Shown: positions 8,361 to 17,078 of the stretch, one piece after another
Position numbering within the stretch: position 1 is the stretch's first letter
How the letters are laid out: each line of letters starts with the position of its first letter
Assembly (NCBI GenBank): GCA_049472335.1
Contig: JBLIRO010000095.1
Coordinates: 1-17,078, forward strand
Origin: a bacterium
GTDB taxonomy: Bacteria; SZUA-182; DTGQ01; JAFGSM01
Reading direction: 5' to 3'
DNA length: 17,078 nucleotides
Notes under the pieces: model-generated
Seen by the model: the letters and a program-made list of their open reading frames with translations, nothing else
What the model was told of the DNA's origin: nothing
The model's database searches: none
Program-made: the position numbers and the translations under genes

Positions 8361-10115
8361 ATGGATTTCAAATTCTATTTCTGTTGTCTTTTGCTTCTCG
8401 TTTTTTTGTTTAACGGATGTGCCTACGTCCCGGGATTGAAACAATTCAAAATAGTAAAATCCGACTATTCGGACTCTGCAATTCAAATAAAAAGGGATGA
8501 ATTGTCAGAGGATTTGGATAAAGATTTTTCACCGCATAAAGGCAGAAGATTTGTTAGTGATCAGGATCAAAATCAACAGAATGACCAAATGGAGAAAGAT
8601 CCGTTTTATGAACCCTTTGAGTCAGGAGAAATAAAAGCCGTATCCGATTCCTCATCCGATCCCTTATTTACAGAGAATAGCTCTATTTCAGCAATTGATA
8701 CAGCAATTGAACCCGCCGTCGAGATTGATCCCATTCAGGTAAAACAGGACAAACTGGATGAAGCGCTGGGGATATGCCAGGAAGCACAGGTTGATTGGAA
8801 GGAAGGAAATGTGGAGATGGCGTTGGAGCTACTGGACAGGGCTTATGAATTATTGATAAATGTGGAAACCAACGGAGATGCAGAAATCTTCCAGCAGAAG
8901 GAGGACATAAGATTTCTCATCTCTAAAAGGATCGTGGAGATCTATGCCTCACGTCAGACCATGGTCAACGGAAATCACAATGAGATCCCATTGATCATGA
9001 ATGATATTGTGGAAAGGGAGATTAAGAGCTTCCTCGGTCAGGAAAAGGAGTTTTTTCTGGCCAGTTATAGCCGTTCAGGCAAATACAGGCAGATGATTCT
9101 CGATGAATTGAAAAAGGCGGGACTCCCGGAGCGCCTTTCGTGGTTGCCCCTCATTGAGAGCGGATTTTTGATAAGGGCACTTTCAAGGGCACGCGCACTT
9201 GGTCTGTGGCAATTTATACCATCAACCGGTTATAAATTCGGACTTGAAAGGAATCGATGGATTGACGAGCGTATGGACCCTGAAAAGGCCACAAAGGCCG
9301 CAATCGAATACCTGACCCAGTTGCACAATATTTTTGGTGACTGGACCACCGCCCTGGCCGCTTATAATTGTGGAGAGGGGACGGTGTTGAGGGTCATTCG
9401 TAATCAGCATATAAATTATCTGGATAATTTCTGGGATTTATATGTACAACTGCCATCAGAGACTGCCCGGTATGTGCCGAGACTTATGGCTGCCTTACAT
9501 CTGATAGAAAATCCTGAAAAATATGGTCTGGATCTGCCAGTCCCACAGGAACCCGTTATTTATGATGAGATTACAGTAAAAAAACAGATCCTGCTTTCCG
9601 ATCTGGCGGAAAAGATCTCCGTGAGCAAAGAAGAATTGATAGATATGAACCCGGAGTTAAGATACAAGGTGACTCCGGATTCCGAATATACACTTAAGGT
9701 GCCCCCGAATAAGAGCGAAACAGCCCTTGCCGTTCTTGAAGAAATGCCGGCATGGAGGGCCCCTGAACCGGAGTATGCATATCATAGGGTAAGAAAGGGA
9801 GAAACACTCTCTCATATCGCAAGAAGGTATCGGACAAGCGTTAAGAAGATAGCAAGTATCAATAACATAAGAAGTTATAAAAGGCTCCGGATAGGCCAGA
9901 GGCTTAAAATACCTGTCAGGGGTAGAGGCTCGAATACACTTACAAAAGCGAGTCCGGGCGGGGGCTACAAGACTGTTAGTGTCAGAAAAGGTGATTGCTC
10001 ATATGATATTGCCAGGATGTATGGAATGAGCCTGAATGAATTTCTTTCAGTGAATAATCTCTCTAAACGGAGTGTTATCTATCCTGGGCAAAGGGTCCTG
10101 GTAAGAAGCAAATAA
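8361..10115 (+). CDS. mltD: Lytic murein transglycosylase, MltD-like lipoprotein with SLT and LysM domains
   Basis: 584 aa; signal peptide with lipobox-like FNG-C20; SLT motifs IESGF, GLWQFIPSTG, ALAAYNCGEG; LysM repeats HRVRKGETLSHIA and VSVRKGDCSYDIA; RBS GGAGGA at 8346-8351. Confidence 0.9.
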   Translation: MDFKFYFCCLLLLVFLFNGCAYVPGLKQFKIVKSDYSDSAIQIKRDELSEDLDKDFSPHKGRRFVSDQDQNQQNDQMEKDPFYEPFESGEIKAVSDSSSDPLFTENSSISAIDTAIEPAVEIDPIQVKQDKLDEALGICQEAQVDWKEGNVEMALELLDRAYELLINVETNGDAEIFQQKEDIRFLISKRIVEIYASRQTMVNGNHNEIPLIMNDIVEREIKSFLGQEKEFFLASYSRSGKYRQMILDELKKAGLPERLSWLPLIESGFLIRALSRARALGLWQFIPSTGYKFGLERNRWIDERMDPEKATKAAIEYLTQLHNIFGDWTTALAAYNCGEGTVLRVIRNQHINYLDNFWDLYVQLPSETARYVPRLMAALHLIENPEKYGLDLPVPQEPVIYDEITVKKQILLSDLAEKISVSKEELIDMNPELRYKVTPDSEYTLKVPPNKSETALAVLEEMPAWRAPEPEYAYHRVRKGETLSHIARRYRTSVKKIASINNIRSYKRLRIGQRLKIPVRGRGSNTLTKASPGGGYKTVSVRKGDCSYDIARMYGMSLNEFLSVNNLSKRSVIYPGQRVLVRSK

Positions 10116-10173
10116 TCCGAACAAGGTAAAGCCTTAAAAGAATCGGTTAAGGAAATTGACGGTATTCAAATAA

Positions 10174-11484
10174 TCATTCATCTTTCTTTGCCCTGTTGAA
10201 ATATCCAAAGGTCAGCCGTGGGAATGCCTCCTTAAGGTCTTTCATCCACTTATGGAGAGGATACCGGCGGCCATTCGTTTTAGTTTTCATTGCCCTCAGA
10301 TAAAGATCAGGATCAATGTTGAGGTTTCTCATCTGTATCTGTTCAATGCCTGTCTGTCTTATAAAAGAGATCAGCCTGTCTCGTTCTGATTCTCTGTCTG
10401 TTATTCCAGGGAATACAAGCAGATTTATGGCGGGTGAAGACCCTGACTCCTTTGCCAGTATCAGGGATCTTTTTAAATCATTCAGGGAAAATCCTTTTGG
10501 TTTATGGTAAGCAGTAAAAAGGAACGGGTCCGGTGAGCTCAGGGTCACCCGGATACTGTCCATCCCTGAGTGGCAAAGATCTGCAATGATTTCGGGCATA
10601 CTTCCGTTAGTGTTGAGATTGATGATCCCCTTTGTTGTTTCTACCCTTAAGGCTTCAACCGCTCCTTTTATAACATCAGCCTTGAGTATGGGTTCACCCT
10701 CACAACCCTGCCCGAAGCTTGCTATGGGGTCCTCGGCCTCCGTAAGGTGGGGTAACGTAATCTCGCAGATTTCATCAACGGTTGGAACAAATGTAATCCT
10801 CCCGTGGGGGGCGGGACAACATCCTGCAGGCTGGAGAGATATGCATCCCAGACAGCGGGCATTGCATGTGGGGGATGTCGGTAATGGCAGTTCCCATCTA
10901 CGATAGAAACAGTTTTTAGCGGCAAAGCAATGATATTCGAGGGCACAGCGTGCCAGATGATGAAGGAGCCGGTTCCCCGGTGTTTTTGCAAGCGCTTTTT
11001 TAACCAGGATTGCAAGGCCTTCGTCGTCCTGAAAGTATTTAGGGTCCCAGTGGGGGTTTGGATCAACCATGATTCCGGCCGCCCAGAACCTGTCATCTTT
11101 CCAGCCTACCGCCGCATAGGACCAGAGGGGGAGGGTAGGGGGCTTTCTTTGTAAACATGTAGCCGGCAAAAGCGTACGCACATATCCGGGAGGAAGAAAG
11201 GCAGCTACAGCCAGACAATCGTCTCCACTTTTTGGAGGTGATGGCTTTGTCAAGCTGTTTTCACTTAAATCCCATCCCAGGGGTGTACGTCCCGGCATGT
11301 AAAAGAGGGTGCTTCCAAATGGGAGAGGTACAAGCTCATCAGGATGGGGAATGACTGGGGAGCGGCCGGACATGCCGGCCATTTTCAAATCAGGGTGATC
11401 CAGGATTTTCCCCTTTACATCGGCAAAGACCAGGGAAGGAAGATCCTCAGGAGAGAAATGTGAGTTATGATCAGGAGAGGGCAT
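10174..11484 (-). CDS. Radical SAM protein of unknown function with a long N-terminal domain
   Basis: CNARCLGC (CxxxCxxC), SFGQGCEGEP, NLNTNGS. Start set at ATG 11484 (436 aa), overlapping the 3' end of pyrE by 14 nt; the track's 11571 start lies deep inside pyrE. Confidence 0.88.
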   Translation of the reverse strand: MPSPDHNSHFSPEDLPSLVFADVKGKILDHPDLKMAGMSGRSPVIPHPDELVPLPFGSTLFYMPGRTPLGWDLSENSLTKPSPPKSGDDCLAVAAFLPPGYVRTLLPATCLQRKPPTLPLWSYAAVGWKDDRFWAAGIMVDPNPHWDPKYFQDDEGLAILVKKALAKTPGNRLLHHLARCALEYHCFAAKNCFYRRWELPLPTSPTCNARCLGCISLQPAGCCPAPHGRITFVPTVDEICEITLPHLTEAEDPIASFGQGCEGEPILKADVIKGAVEALRVETTKGIINLNTNGSMPEIIADLCHSGMDSIRVTLSSPDPFLFTAYHKPKGFSLNDLKRSLILAKESGSSPAINLLVFPGITDRESERDRLISFIRQTGIEQIQMRNLNIDPDLYLRAMKTKTNGRRYPLHKWMKDLKEAFPRLTFGYFNRAKKDE

Positions 11485-12031
11485 TATGGAGTTCGTCCAG
11501 AGTAAATATGGAAACAAGGGTGAGCCCTGCCTTCTCGATGGCCTCTCTTCCCCCCTCCGCCCTGTCAACAATGGCCAGGATATGATCCACTATAACACCC
11601 GTATCCCTGAGTTTTTCGACAGCCAAAAGGGATGATGCCCCTGTAGTTACCACATCCTCTAAAACAACGACTCGGTCGCCCTTGCTTATCCGGCCTTCGA
11701 TTGCCTTTTTTAGTCCCCGGTCCTTTGCCTGCTTACGCACTACAAAAGGCTGGAGAGGCATTCCTTGATGAAATGCGTGTATGGATGTTGCAAGAGCCAA
11801 TGGAATAGCGCCGAATTCAAGCCCTCCGACGGCCTGAACCGGAAGCCCCTTGATTCTTTCAAAGATTACCTCACCTGTCAATACCAAGCCTTCCGGGGTG
11901 AGGGTTGTTGTCTTACAATCTATATAGAAGCGGCTCATTTTGCCCGAAGCCAGGCGATAGGCCGGTATAGGGCTATAGTTGTATGAGATCTTGGCGAGAA
12001 TGGAGAGGAGTCTTTTTTCTGCTTCCGTCAT
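11471..12031 (-). CDS. pyrE: Orotate phosphoribosyltransferase
   Basis: LASGKMSRFYID, VGGLEFGA, VRKQAKDRG, PRPP motif VVLEDVVTTGAS. ATG 12031 has AAAGGA upstream; GTG 12067 overlapping the argC stop is an alternative start. Confidence 0.95.
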   Translation of the reverse strand: MTEAEKRLLSILAKISYNYSPIPAYRLASGKMSRFYIDCKTTTLTPEGLVLTGEVIFERIKGLPVQAVGGLEFGAIPLALATSIHAFHQGMPLQPFVVRKQAKDRGLKKAIEGRISKGDRVVVLEDVVTTGASSLLAVEKLRDTGVIVDHILAIVDRAEGGREAIEKAGLTLVSIFTLDELHNALS

Positions 12032-12063
12032 ATAAGTTTTTCCTTTACTGGTTATATTATTGT

Positions 12064-13122
12064 TCACGGAATCATTGGTGGATAATACAGCCCCATGGTT
12101 TCATCCAGGCTATGCATAAGATTCATATTTTGGAGGGCAGACCCTGCTTGTCCCTTTACAAGATTGTCTATCTGCCCAATAATAAGGCATGTATTTGTTT
12201 TTGAGTCTACATAAACCGATAAGAGACAGAAATTAGAGCCCCTTACATCTTTTGAGGAAGGGGGTTGATTGGAGGGCAAAACCCGTACAAATCTTTCGTT
12301 GCGGTAGAAATCCCTGTATAGATCAAAGATCCGGGAAAAATCCCAATCCCTGTCAAACTGTCCATAGGCACATACCATAATTCCCCGGGTAATAGGGACA
12401 ACCTGGGTATTGAGCGTTATATGGCACTCTGATCCTGCCTGGATAGAAAGTTGGTTTTCAATCTCTATCACATGTTGATGCATGCCGATCTTATAAGGGT
12501 TCATATTTTCATACCTGCTCGGATAATGAAATGCAGCAGATGGGTTTTTGCCTGCCCCGGACGCGCCTGTCTTTGCGTCACATATAAGTCTCTTAATATC
12601 TACTGCCCTTGCCTTCACAATCGGAGCAAGCGCGAGTATAGTCGCGACCGCGAAACATCCCGGGTTGCCCACGAGGCTGGTTTCGGATATGGCTGATCTG
12701 TTAATCTCGCTCAGGCCATAAACGGATTGTTCCAAAAGTTCAGGAGACGCATGTTGTGTAGGTTTTCCTATCCTTTCGGCATATGACGCATATTCCTGTT
12801 GAGATGAAAAGCGGAAATCCCCGCTATAGTCAACGACTTTAAGCCCATAGTCCAGATACCTTGATGCCCATCTCATCCCCACACCATCCGGCGTGGCAAA
12901 AAAAATTGAGTTGGCTTCTCCGTCTCCGGGATTATCATCCTCAGGTGAAATAATTTGCAGGTCACAAAATCCGGATAAATGAGGGTATACAGAACTGATC
13001 GGAAGCCCTCTGTTTTCTATATCAATCAACGCGACAATTTTAGCCTCGGGATGCCTGATGAGTAGCTCAATTATTCCCACCCCCCCATATCCGCATGCAC
13101 CGAAAATTTTTACTTTTAACAT
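12064..13122 (-). CDS. argC: N-acetyl-gamma-glutamyl-phosphate reductase
   Basis: 352 aa; GACGYGG, FFATPDG, DYSGDFR, YGLSE, GNPGCF (catalytic Cys), GASGAG, IDNLVKGQAG; RBS AAGGAG. Confidence 0.96.
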   Translation of the reverse strand: MLKVKIFGACGYGGVGIIELLIRHPEAKIVALIDIENRGLPISSVYPHLSGFCDLQIISPEDDNPGDGEANSIFFATPDGVGMRWASRYLDYGLKVVDYSGDFRFSSQQEYASYAERIGKPTQHASPELLEQSVYGLSEINRSAISETSLVGNPGCFAVATILALAPIVKARAVDIKRLICDAKTGASGAGKNPSAAFHYPSRYENMNPYKIGMHQHVIEIENQLSIQAGSECHITLNTQVVPITRGIMVCAYGQFDRDWDFSRIFDLYRDFYRNERFVRVLPSNQPPSSKDVRGSNFCLLSVYVDSKTNTCLIIGQIDNLVKGQAGSALQNMNLMHSLDETMGLYYPPMIP

Positions 13123-13191
13123 GCCGGTGCTCCTTTCTTCATCTCTTTTTAAGTCCTCACTTTTGATATTTTTTTATTAACTAATATAACA

Positions 13192-13220
13192 TTGAAAAAT
13201 ATGATATTAAATACTATAAT
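13192..13220 (+). promoter_or_regulatory. Sigma70-type promoter, plus strand
   Basis: TTGAAA (13192-13197), 17-nt spacer, TATAAT (13215-13220). The region is AT-rich, so a chance match is possible. Confidence 0.5.
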
Positions 13221-13268
13221 GTTAGACAACATTATATTGAATAGTAATTATTAAATAGTACTATTCAA
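13215..13268. promoter_or_regulatory. Two abutting perfect inverted repeats; candidate operator sites
   Basis: TATAATGTT-agac-AACATTATA (13215-13236) and TTGAATAGTA-N12-TACTATTCAA (13237-13268). Confidence 0.55.
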
Positions 13269-13543
13269 CTTAAGGCATTTTAAGGAGGAAAAATCCGAGT
13301 TCTTTCTTTGCCATTTATTTTTTCTCCTTTGAAATATTAAATAATTTATCATGCCCGTGACGTTGAGAGCAAGTCTTAGCATGATATTCATTTTTTACTT
13401 GATCTTAAGTCCAACGAGTGATAATCTTTAAAAAGGAGCATTTCGATTGAATTCTGCAATAAATGATCCCATATTCATTATGGCCTGATGTATGCATAAA
13501 ATTTGTATTATAAAACAATTTGTATCTTAAACAAGGAGGTAAG

Positions 13544-14503
13544 ATGAGGCTTGTAAAGTTCAAATTACTTAGTATCGTATTATTGATTGGCTTTTTTGTG
13601 TGCTTTTTTTCTTTTAAATCTTACGCCAAAGATAAAAATGTCTTGATGTTTTTATGGCAGGGAGAGACCGGTTCTGAAAAGGGCTTCAGGGATTCTTTGG
13701 CCGAAGAGTTTTCCGACAAAGAGATTAAGTATACAGTGCTTGATGCCTACAGGGATAATAACCGCTTAAAGGATTTGATAGAACAGACGGATGAGACAAA
13801 ATATGATTTGATATACACCTACGGATCCACTGTCACTTCCAGAGTGATTAAGGAATTCCAGAAGACTCCTATTATATTCAATAAAGTGCTGGACCCGATC
13901 ACTTACAAAATTGTCGATTCATGGGACGAAAAACAGCCTAATTTGACAGGGGTATCCATTTTGATCCCCGTTTCCATCCAGATCGAAAAGATTCATGAGG
14001 TTTTTGGTACGGCAGATATTGGATTCATCTTTAATCCCCTGGACAAGAATTCTGTTGAAATAAAGGAAGAGATGGAAGCCATTCTTGAGAAGAAGGGTGT
14101 TGAATTGATATCGTTCGAATTCGACAAAAATTTTAATTCCCTTAGTGGATACGTAGACAGGGTTAAGGACCGTGTATCTTGTATTTATCTGCCATCTGAA
14201 CGTGAGGTGGTCGGATATATTCAGAGAATTTTTTCCACTATAAACAGGCGACAGATTCCCACTTGTGTTACCAGCACCTCTACACTTAAACTGGGAGGCG
14301 CGTTGTGTATTACTGTTGACTATTATGAAGTTGGAAAATCTGCAGGAAAACTGGCTGCCAAGATCCTGAAAGGTGCAAATCCTTCTGATCTCCCAGTGAT
14401 AAGGCCATCCGGATCCGAGATTAAACTGTATGCAAATTCCAATACACTTAAGAGATTTAAGATTGAATTGCCAAAGGATCTGAAGATTAACTATATTAAA
14501 TAA
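13544..14503 (+). CDS. Periplasmic substrate-binding protein, ABC_sub_bind-like family; no adjacent permease or ATPase
   Basis: Signal peptide ending SYA-K; DLIYTYGS, TPIIF..V.DP, NLTGVS, IGFIFNP, GKLAAKILKGANPSDLPV. Start at ATG 13544 after AAGGAGGT. Confidence 0.85.
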   Translation: MRLVKFKLLSIVLLIGFFVCFFSFKSYAKDKNVLMFLWQGETGSEKGFRDSLAEEFSDKEIKYTVLDAYRDNNRLKDLIEQTDETKYDLIYTYGSTVTSRVIKEFQKTPIIFNKVLDPITYKIVDSWDEKQPNLTGVSILIPVSIQIEKIHEVFGTADIGFIFNPLDKNSVEIKEEMEAILEKKGVELISFEFDKNFNSLSGYVDRVKDRVSCIYLPSEREVVGYIQRIFSTINRRQIPTCVTSTSTLKLGGALCITVDYYEVGKSAGKLAAKILKGANPSDLPVIRPSGSEIKLYANSNTLKRFKIELPKDLKINYIK

Positions 14504-14652
14504 TCAGTAACATTCTCATATATCGAGACCCGATCCTTCTAGTCACAGTTTATTTGCCTTAAATTAAAATTGCTGGTTTCAGAAATGACGATAATGAATA
14601 GTATAGAGATTTTTCCTGAAGTTTTCCTTTTTTAATATGAGAATGAACAACC

Positions 14653-15744
14653 ATGGGATTTGAATCGCAAAAAGAATCAGATGCTCAAAAATTCAAAGAA
14701 AAGGATGCTACCCGAAAACGTATTGTTGATCATTTGAAAGAGCATTGGCAGCGAGATCCTATAAAGTTTTCATTTTGGGCAGGGATTTCCTTCTTTGTCA
14801 CGACTATTCTAATGGCCCTAATCCTGGAGTATTCATACAGGCCAAGAACATGTATTCTTTGTCATGAGATGAAGCCTGCTCATGAGACATGGGAAAAATC
14901 ATTTCACGGTTCCCTCACAGGCGGCAAAGAGGATTGCCTGGCATGTCATACCGCTCCGGGATTCGGCGGGAAAATAAGGGCAAAAATCGGTGGCCTGGTT
15001 TTTTTTTGGAATCATATTCTTGAAAACTACGATGAGGATATAAAGGCGGAAAAACCAGTATATTGCGTTCGCTCAGGCTGCCATACGGAACCATGGAAGA
15101 TGGATAGAGGCTCCTCTATCAGGGTTAATCATGCGCTCCATATCTCGAAGGGATATGCCTGTGTCATTTGTCACGACAGGATAGCACATGGATTCGATCC
15201 TAAAGGACTAAACCTTCCAACTATGAAGGATTTTTGTTTCCCTTGTCATAATGACGAGATCGCATCGAGGAGCCGTTGTCAATACTGTCATATATATCAG
15301 GAAGCCATGTTTTTAGGAGACGCTGGTGAGGGCATGCCCATTGGCGATGTTTCCGTGCACCAGAAGGCCCTTTTGTCTTGCGTGGATTGCCATACGGATG
15401 GTTGTGTGCCCAACCCGGTCCAGGCATGCCTTGATTGTCATTCTGAATCCATTGTGTCCAGGCAGGAAGAAGAAAAGGCATGGATAGAGAGATCTATGAA
15501 AATACTTGAGAAAAACATTCCCAGGTTGGCGGAAAGAATTAATAAAGCTGAGGATATGGGGCAGGATATAAGTCAGATTAATGGTATATACACCCTTGTT
15601 CAGGATGTTTATGCCTTCTTAAATGCGGACAAAAGCAATGGGGCTCATAATCCTTCCTACTCCAGGTATCTCTTAGATGACAGTCTTAACAAGCTTGATT
15701 ATGCATTGCTTGTCGTGAATCAGCTTCAGCGGGTTGTCTTTTAA
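14653..15744 (+). CDS. Membrane-anchored multiheme cytochrome c with NapC/NirT(NrfH)-like N-terminus, about 8 hemes
   Basis: One N-terminal TM helix; seven CxxCH (CILCH, CLACH, CVICH, CFPCH, CQYCH, CVDCH, CLDCH) plus CVRSGCH; helical C-terminus containing DKSNGAHN. Confidence 0.88.
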   Translation: MGFESQKESDAQKFKEKDATRKRIVDHLKEHWQRDPIKFSFWAGISFFVTTILMALILEYSYRPRTCILCHEMKPAHETWEKSFHGSLTGGKEDCLACHTAPGFGGKIRAKIGGLVFFWNHILENYDEDIKAEKPVYCVRSGCHTEPWKMDRGSSIRVNHALHISKGYACVICHDRIAHGFDPKGLNLPTMKDFCFPCHNDEIASRSRCQYCHIYQEAMFLGDAGEGMPIGDVSVHQKALLSCVDCHTDGCVPNPVQACLDCHSESIVSRQEEEKAWIERSMKILEKNIPRLAERINKAEDMGQDISQINGIYTLVQDVYAFLNADKSNGAHNPSYSRYLLDDSLNKLDYALLVVNQLQRVVF

Positions 15745-16646
15745 CAGCTATATCTGAATACGCTTCTTCCCAAATTAATCGATTCAACACCCAGTTCATA
15801 TGCGAGGGTCAATTCTGTGTTGGTTGAAAATCCACATAAACCGCATTGTACCTTATCACGATTCTTGACATAACAACCTTGTGTTATTGTACCATCAGGT
15901 TCAATGCTCACGACCATCCATTCCTTGCACCTGGAGGTCCAATTATTGTTTTTTAATGACTCAAGGGCCTTAAAAGAATTTACAACAGGCCAGCCTTCCT
16001 TTTTCAGCTTAATAAGCTCATCCAGTACTTTAATCCTTTGTTCATTGGTTAACAATAAAGGATCTGTTTTTTTATAGGGATAATAGAATTGAATAGTCAT
16101 CCCTTTGACCTTGCCCTTTATAAATTTTACAAGTTCCGGGATCTCCTGCCAATTGATCTTGTTGATCGTAGTGTTTACATAGAGATTAGGGTGTTTACAG
16201 GATTCGATGTTTTTTATGACCGTATCGAAGATTTCCTGCCCGCGGATACGGTTGTGGGTATCCTTAAGGCCATCCAGGCTGACCCATAGACTATTTGAAT
16301 CAACATCGGTAGAAATGGTCCCGTTAGTCGTAACCCCTACGCTATAAAAGTATTTTTTGGCCTCATGCACAACATCCTGTAATGTATAATCACCATCGCG
16401 CCAAAGAAAAGGCTCACCGCCCTCGATAAGCAGTATCCTTATCCCCATGTCATGCAAGGACCTAAGGATTTCTTTAATCTCTAAAAACCTCATTTGAGGT
16501 AAGTTTTGATGCCAGAATGGGCAGTGGTGGCATTTGAGATTACATTTGTGAGTAATTTTAAACCCCGCAAGCAGTGGATTTCTTTTCCCGAAATAACGGG
16601 TCATGATGTAATACTTTAAAAAGCAGAAAAACCATGCTGTTTTCAT
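15741..16646 (-). CDS. Radical SAM protein with C-terminal Cys-rich (twitch/SPASM-like) region
   Basis: CNLKCHHC, GGEP, TTNG, VSLDG; C-terminal C...GCY...CGLCG. Its stop shares TTAA (15741-15744) with the stop of the convergent cytochrome gene. Confidence 0.88.
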   Translation of the reverse strand: MKTAWFFCFLKYYIMTRYFGKRNPLLAGFKITHKCNLKCHHCPFWHQNLPQMRFLEIKEILRSLHDMGIRILLIEGGEPFLWRDGDYTLQDVVHEAKKYFYSVGVTTNGTISTDVDSNSLWVSLDGLKDTHNRIRGQEIFDTVIKNIESCKHPNLYVNTTINKINWQEIPELVKFIKGKVKGMTIQFYYPYKKTDPLLLTNEQRIKVLDELIKLKKEGWPVVNSFKALESLKNNNWTSRCKEWMVVSIEPDGTITQGCYVKNRDKVQCGLCGFSTNTELTLAYELGVESINLGRSVFRYSC

Positions 16647-16784
16647 TTTATTTTACCATTATCAATATAAGGTGAAATATTAATTCAATCAATAAAATCG
16701 AATCTAATTATAATACAAATAAGGTCAAAATAAAATCAGTTCAAATAATATTCTATTGTTCAAAAGGAAATTCTTTGACTATAT

Positions 16785-17078
16785 TCAAGGTTGCTGCTTC
16801 TTTACAAGATGTGGGGCAACTGATGAATTATGGCATTTGCCACAATCCGGTCCCATTTTGCTGTCATATGGCTGTGTGGTATGGCAGGCGCGAGCGCATG
16901 CATTATATCCTATAGATGTGTGGCTGGCCAAGTGGGTTGCAGCATGGCAGTTTACACAGGCTACCCCTCCGTGTCCGTATGAGTCTTTAAATGAAATATC
17001 CTTGGGGTAGGAATATTCTTTATCTTTATGGCAATCATCACAACGGGGCAGGCCCCTTTGCGCCCGCATTTTAAATGA
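16785..17078 (-). CDS. C-terminal part of a multiheme cytochrome c; 5' end probably beyond the window
   Basis: Frame is open to the right edge (SFK-MRAQ...); CDDCH, CVNCH, CGKCH and CARACH within 97 residues. Confidence 0.85.
   Translation of the reverse strand, partial: SFKMRAQRGLPRCDDCHKDKEYSYPKDISFKDSYGHGGVACVNCHAATHLASHTSIGYNACARACHTTQPYDSKMGPDCGKCHNSSVAPHLVKKQQP

Noticed and set aside
10116..10173. Terminator between convergent mltD and radical SAM genes
   Set aside because: Only a 6-bp AT-rich stem (CCTTAA/TTAAGG) with no convincing U-tract.
11485..11571. N-terminal extension of the radical SAM ORF in the track
   Set aside because: TTG start would give a 101-nt overlap with pyrE; ATG 11484 is more plausible.
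13491..13508. ARG-box-like TATGCATAAAATTTGTAT
   Set aside because: Right half-site is poor, there is no tandem partner, and it is about 370 nt from argC.

Overview
Bacterial chromosomal segment; gene content and order suggest an anaerobic, Desulfobacterota-like Gram-negative organism (inference only). Most of the window is housekeeping: a minus-strand run apgM-lysC-cimA then ispA-dxs, a divergent LysM lytic transglycosylase, a minus-strand run argC-pyrE-radical SAM, an orphan ABC substrate-binding protein, a membrane-anchored ~8-heme cytochrome c, a second radical SAM gene and a partial multiheme cytochrome at the right edge. The most interesting part is bases 1-678, which the ORF track misses. 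There, the 3' end of an integron-integrase-like gene ([10 protein letters not shown]...LGH...TTMIYTHV...SPLD) is cut off exactly at its catalytic H-x-x-R motif. It abuts what looks like the end of a tyrosine-recombinase mobile element (RIT-like), with three ATGGTGAGAG repeats and an oppositely oriented recombinase-like ORF. The junction is a 36-bp near-perfect palindrome whose element-side arm re-spells the target's Phe-Arg-His codons with synonymous changes only.
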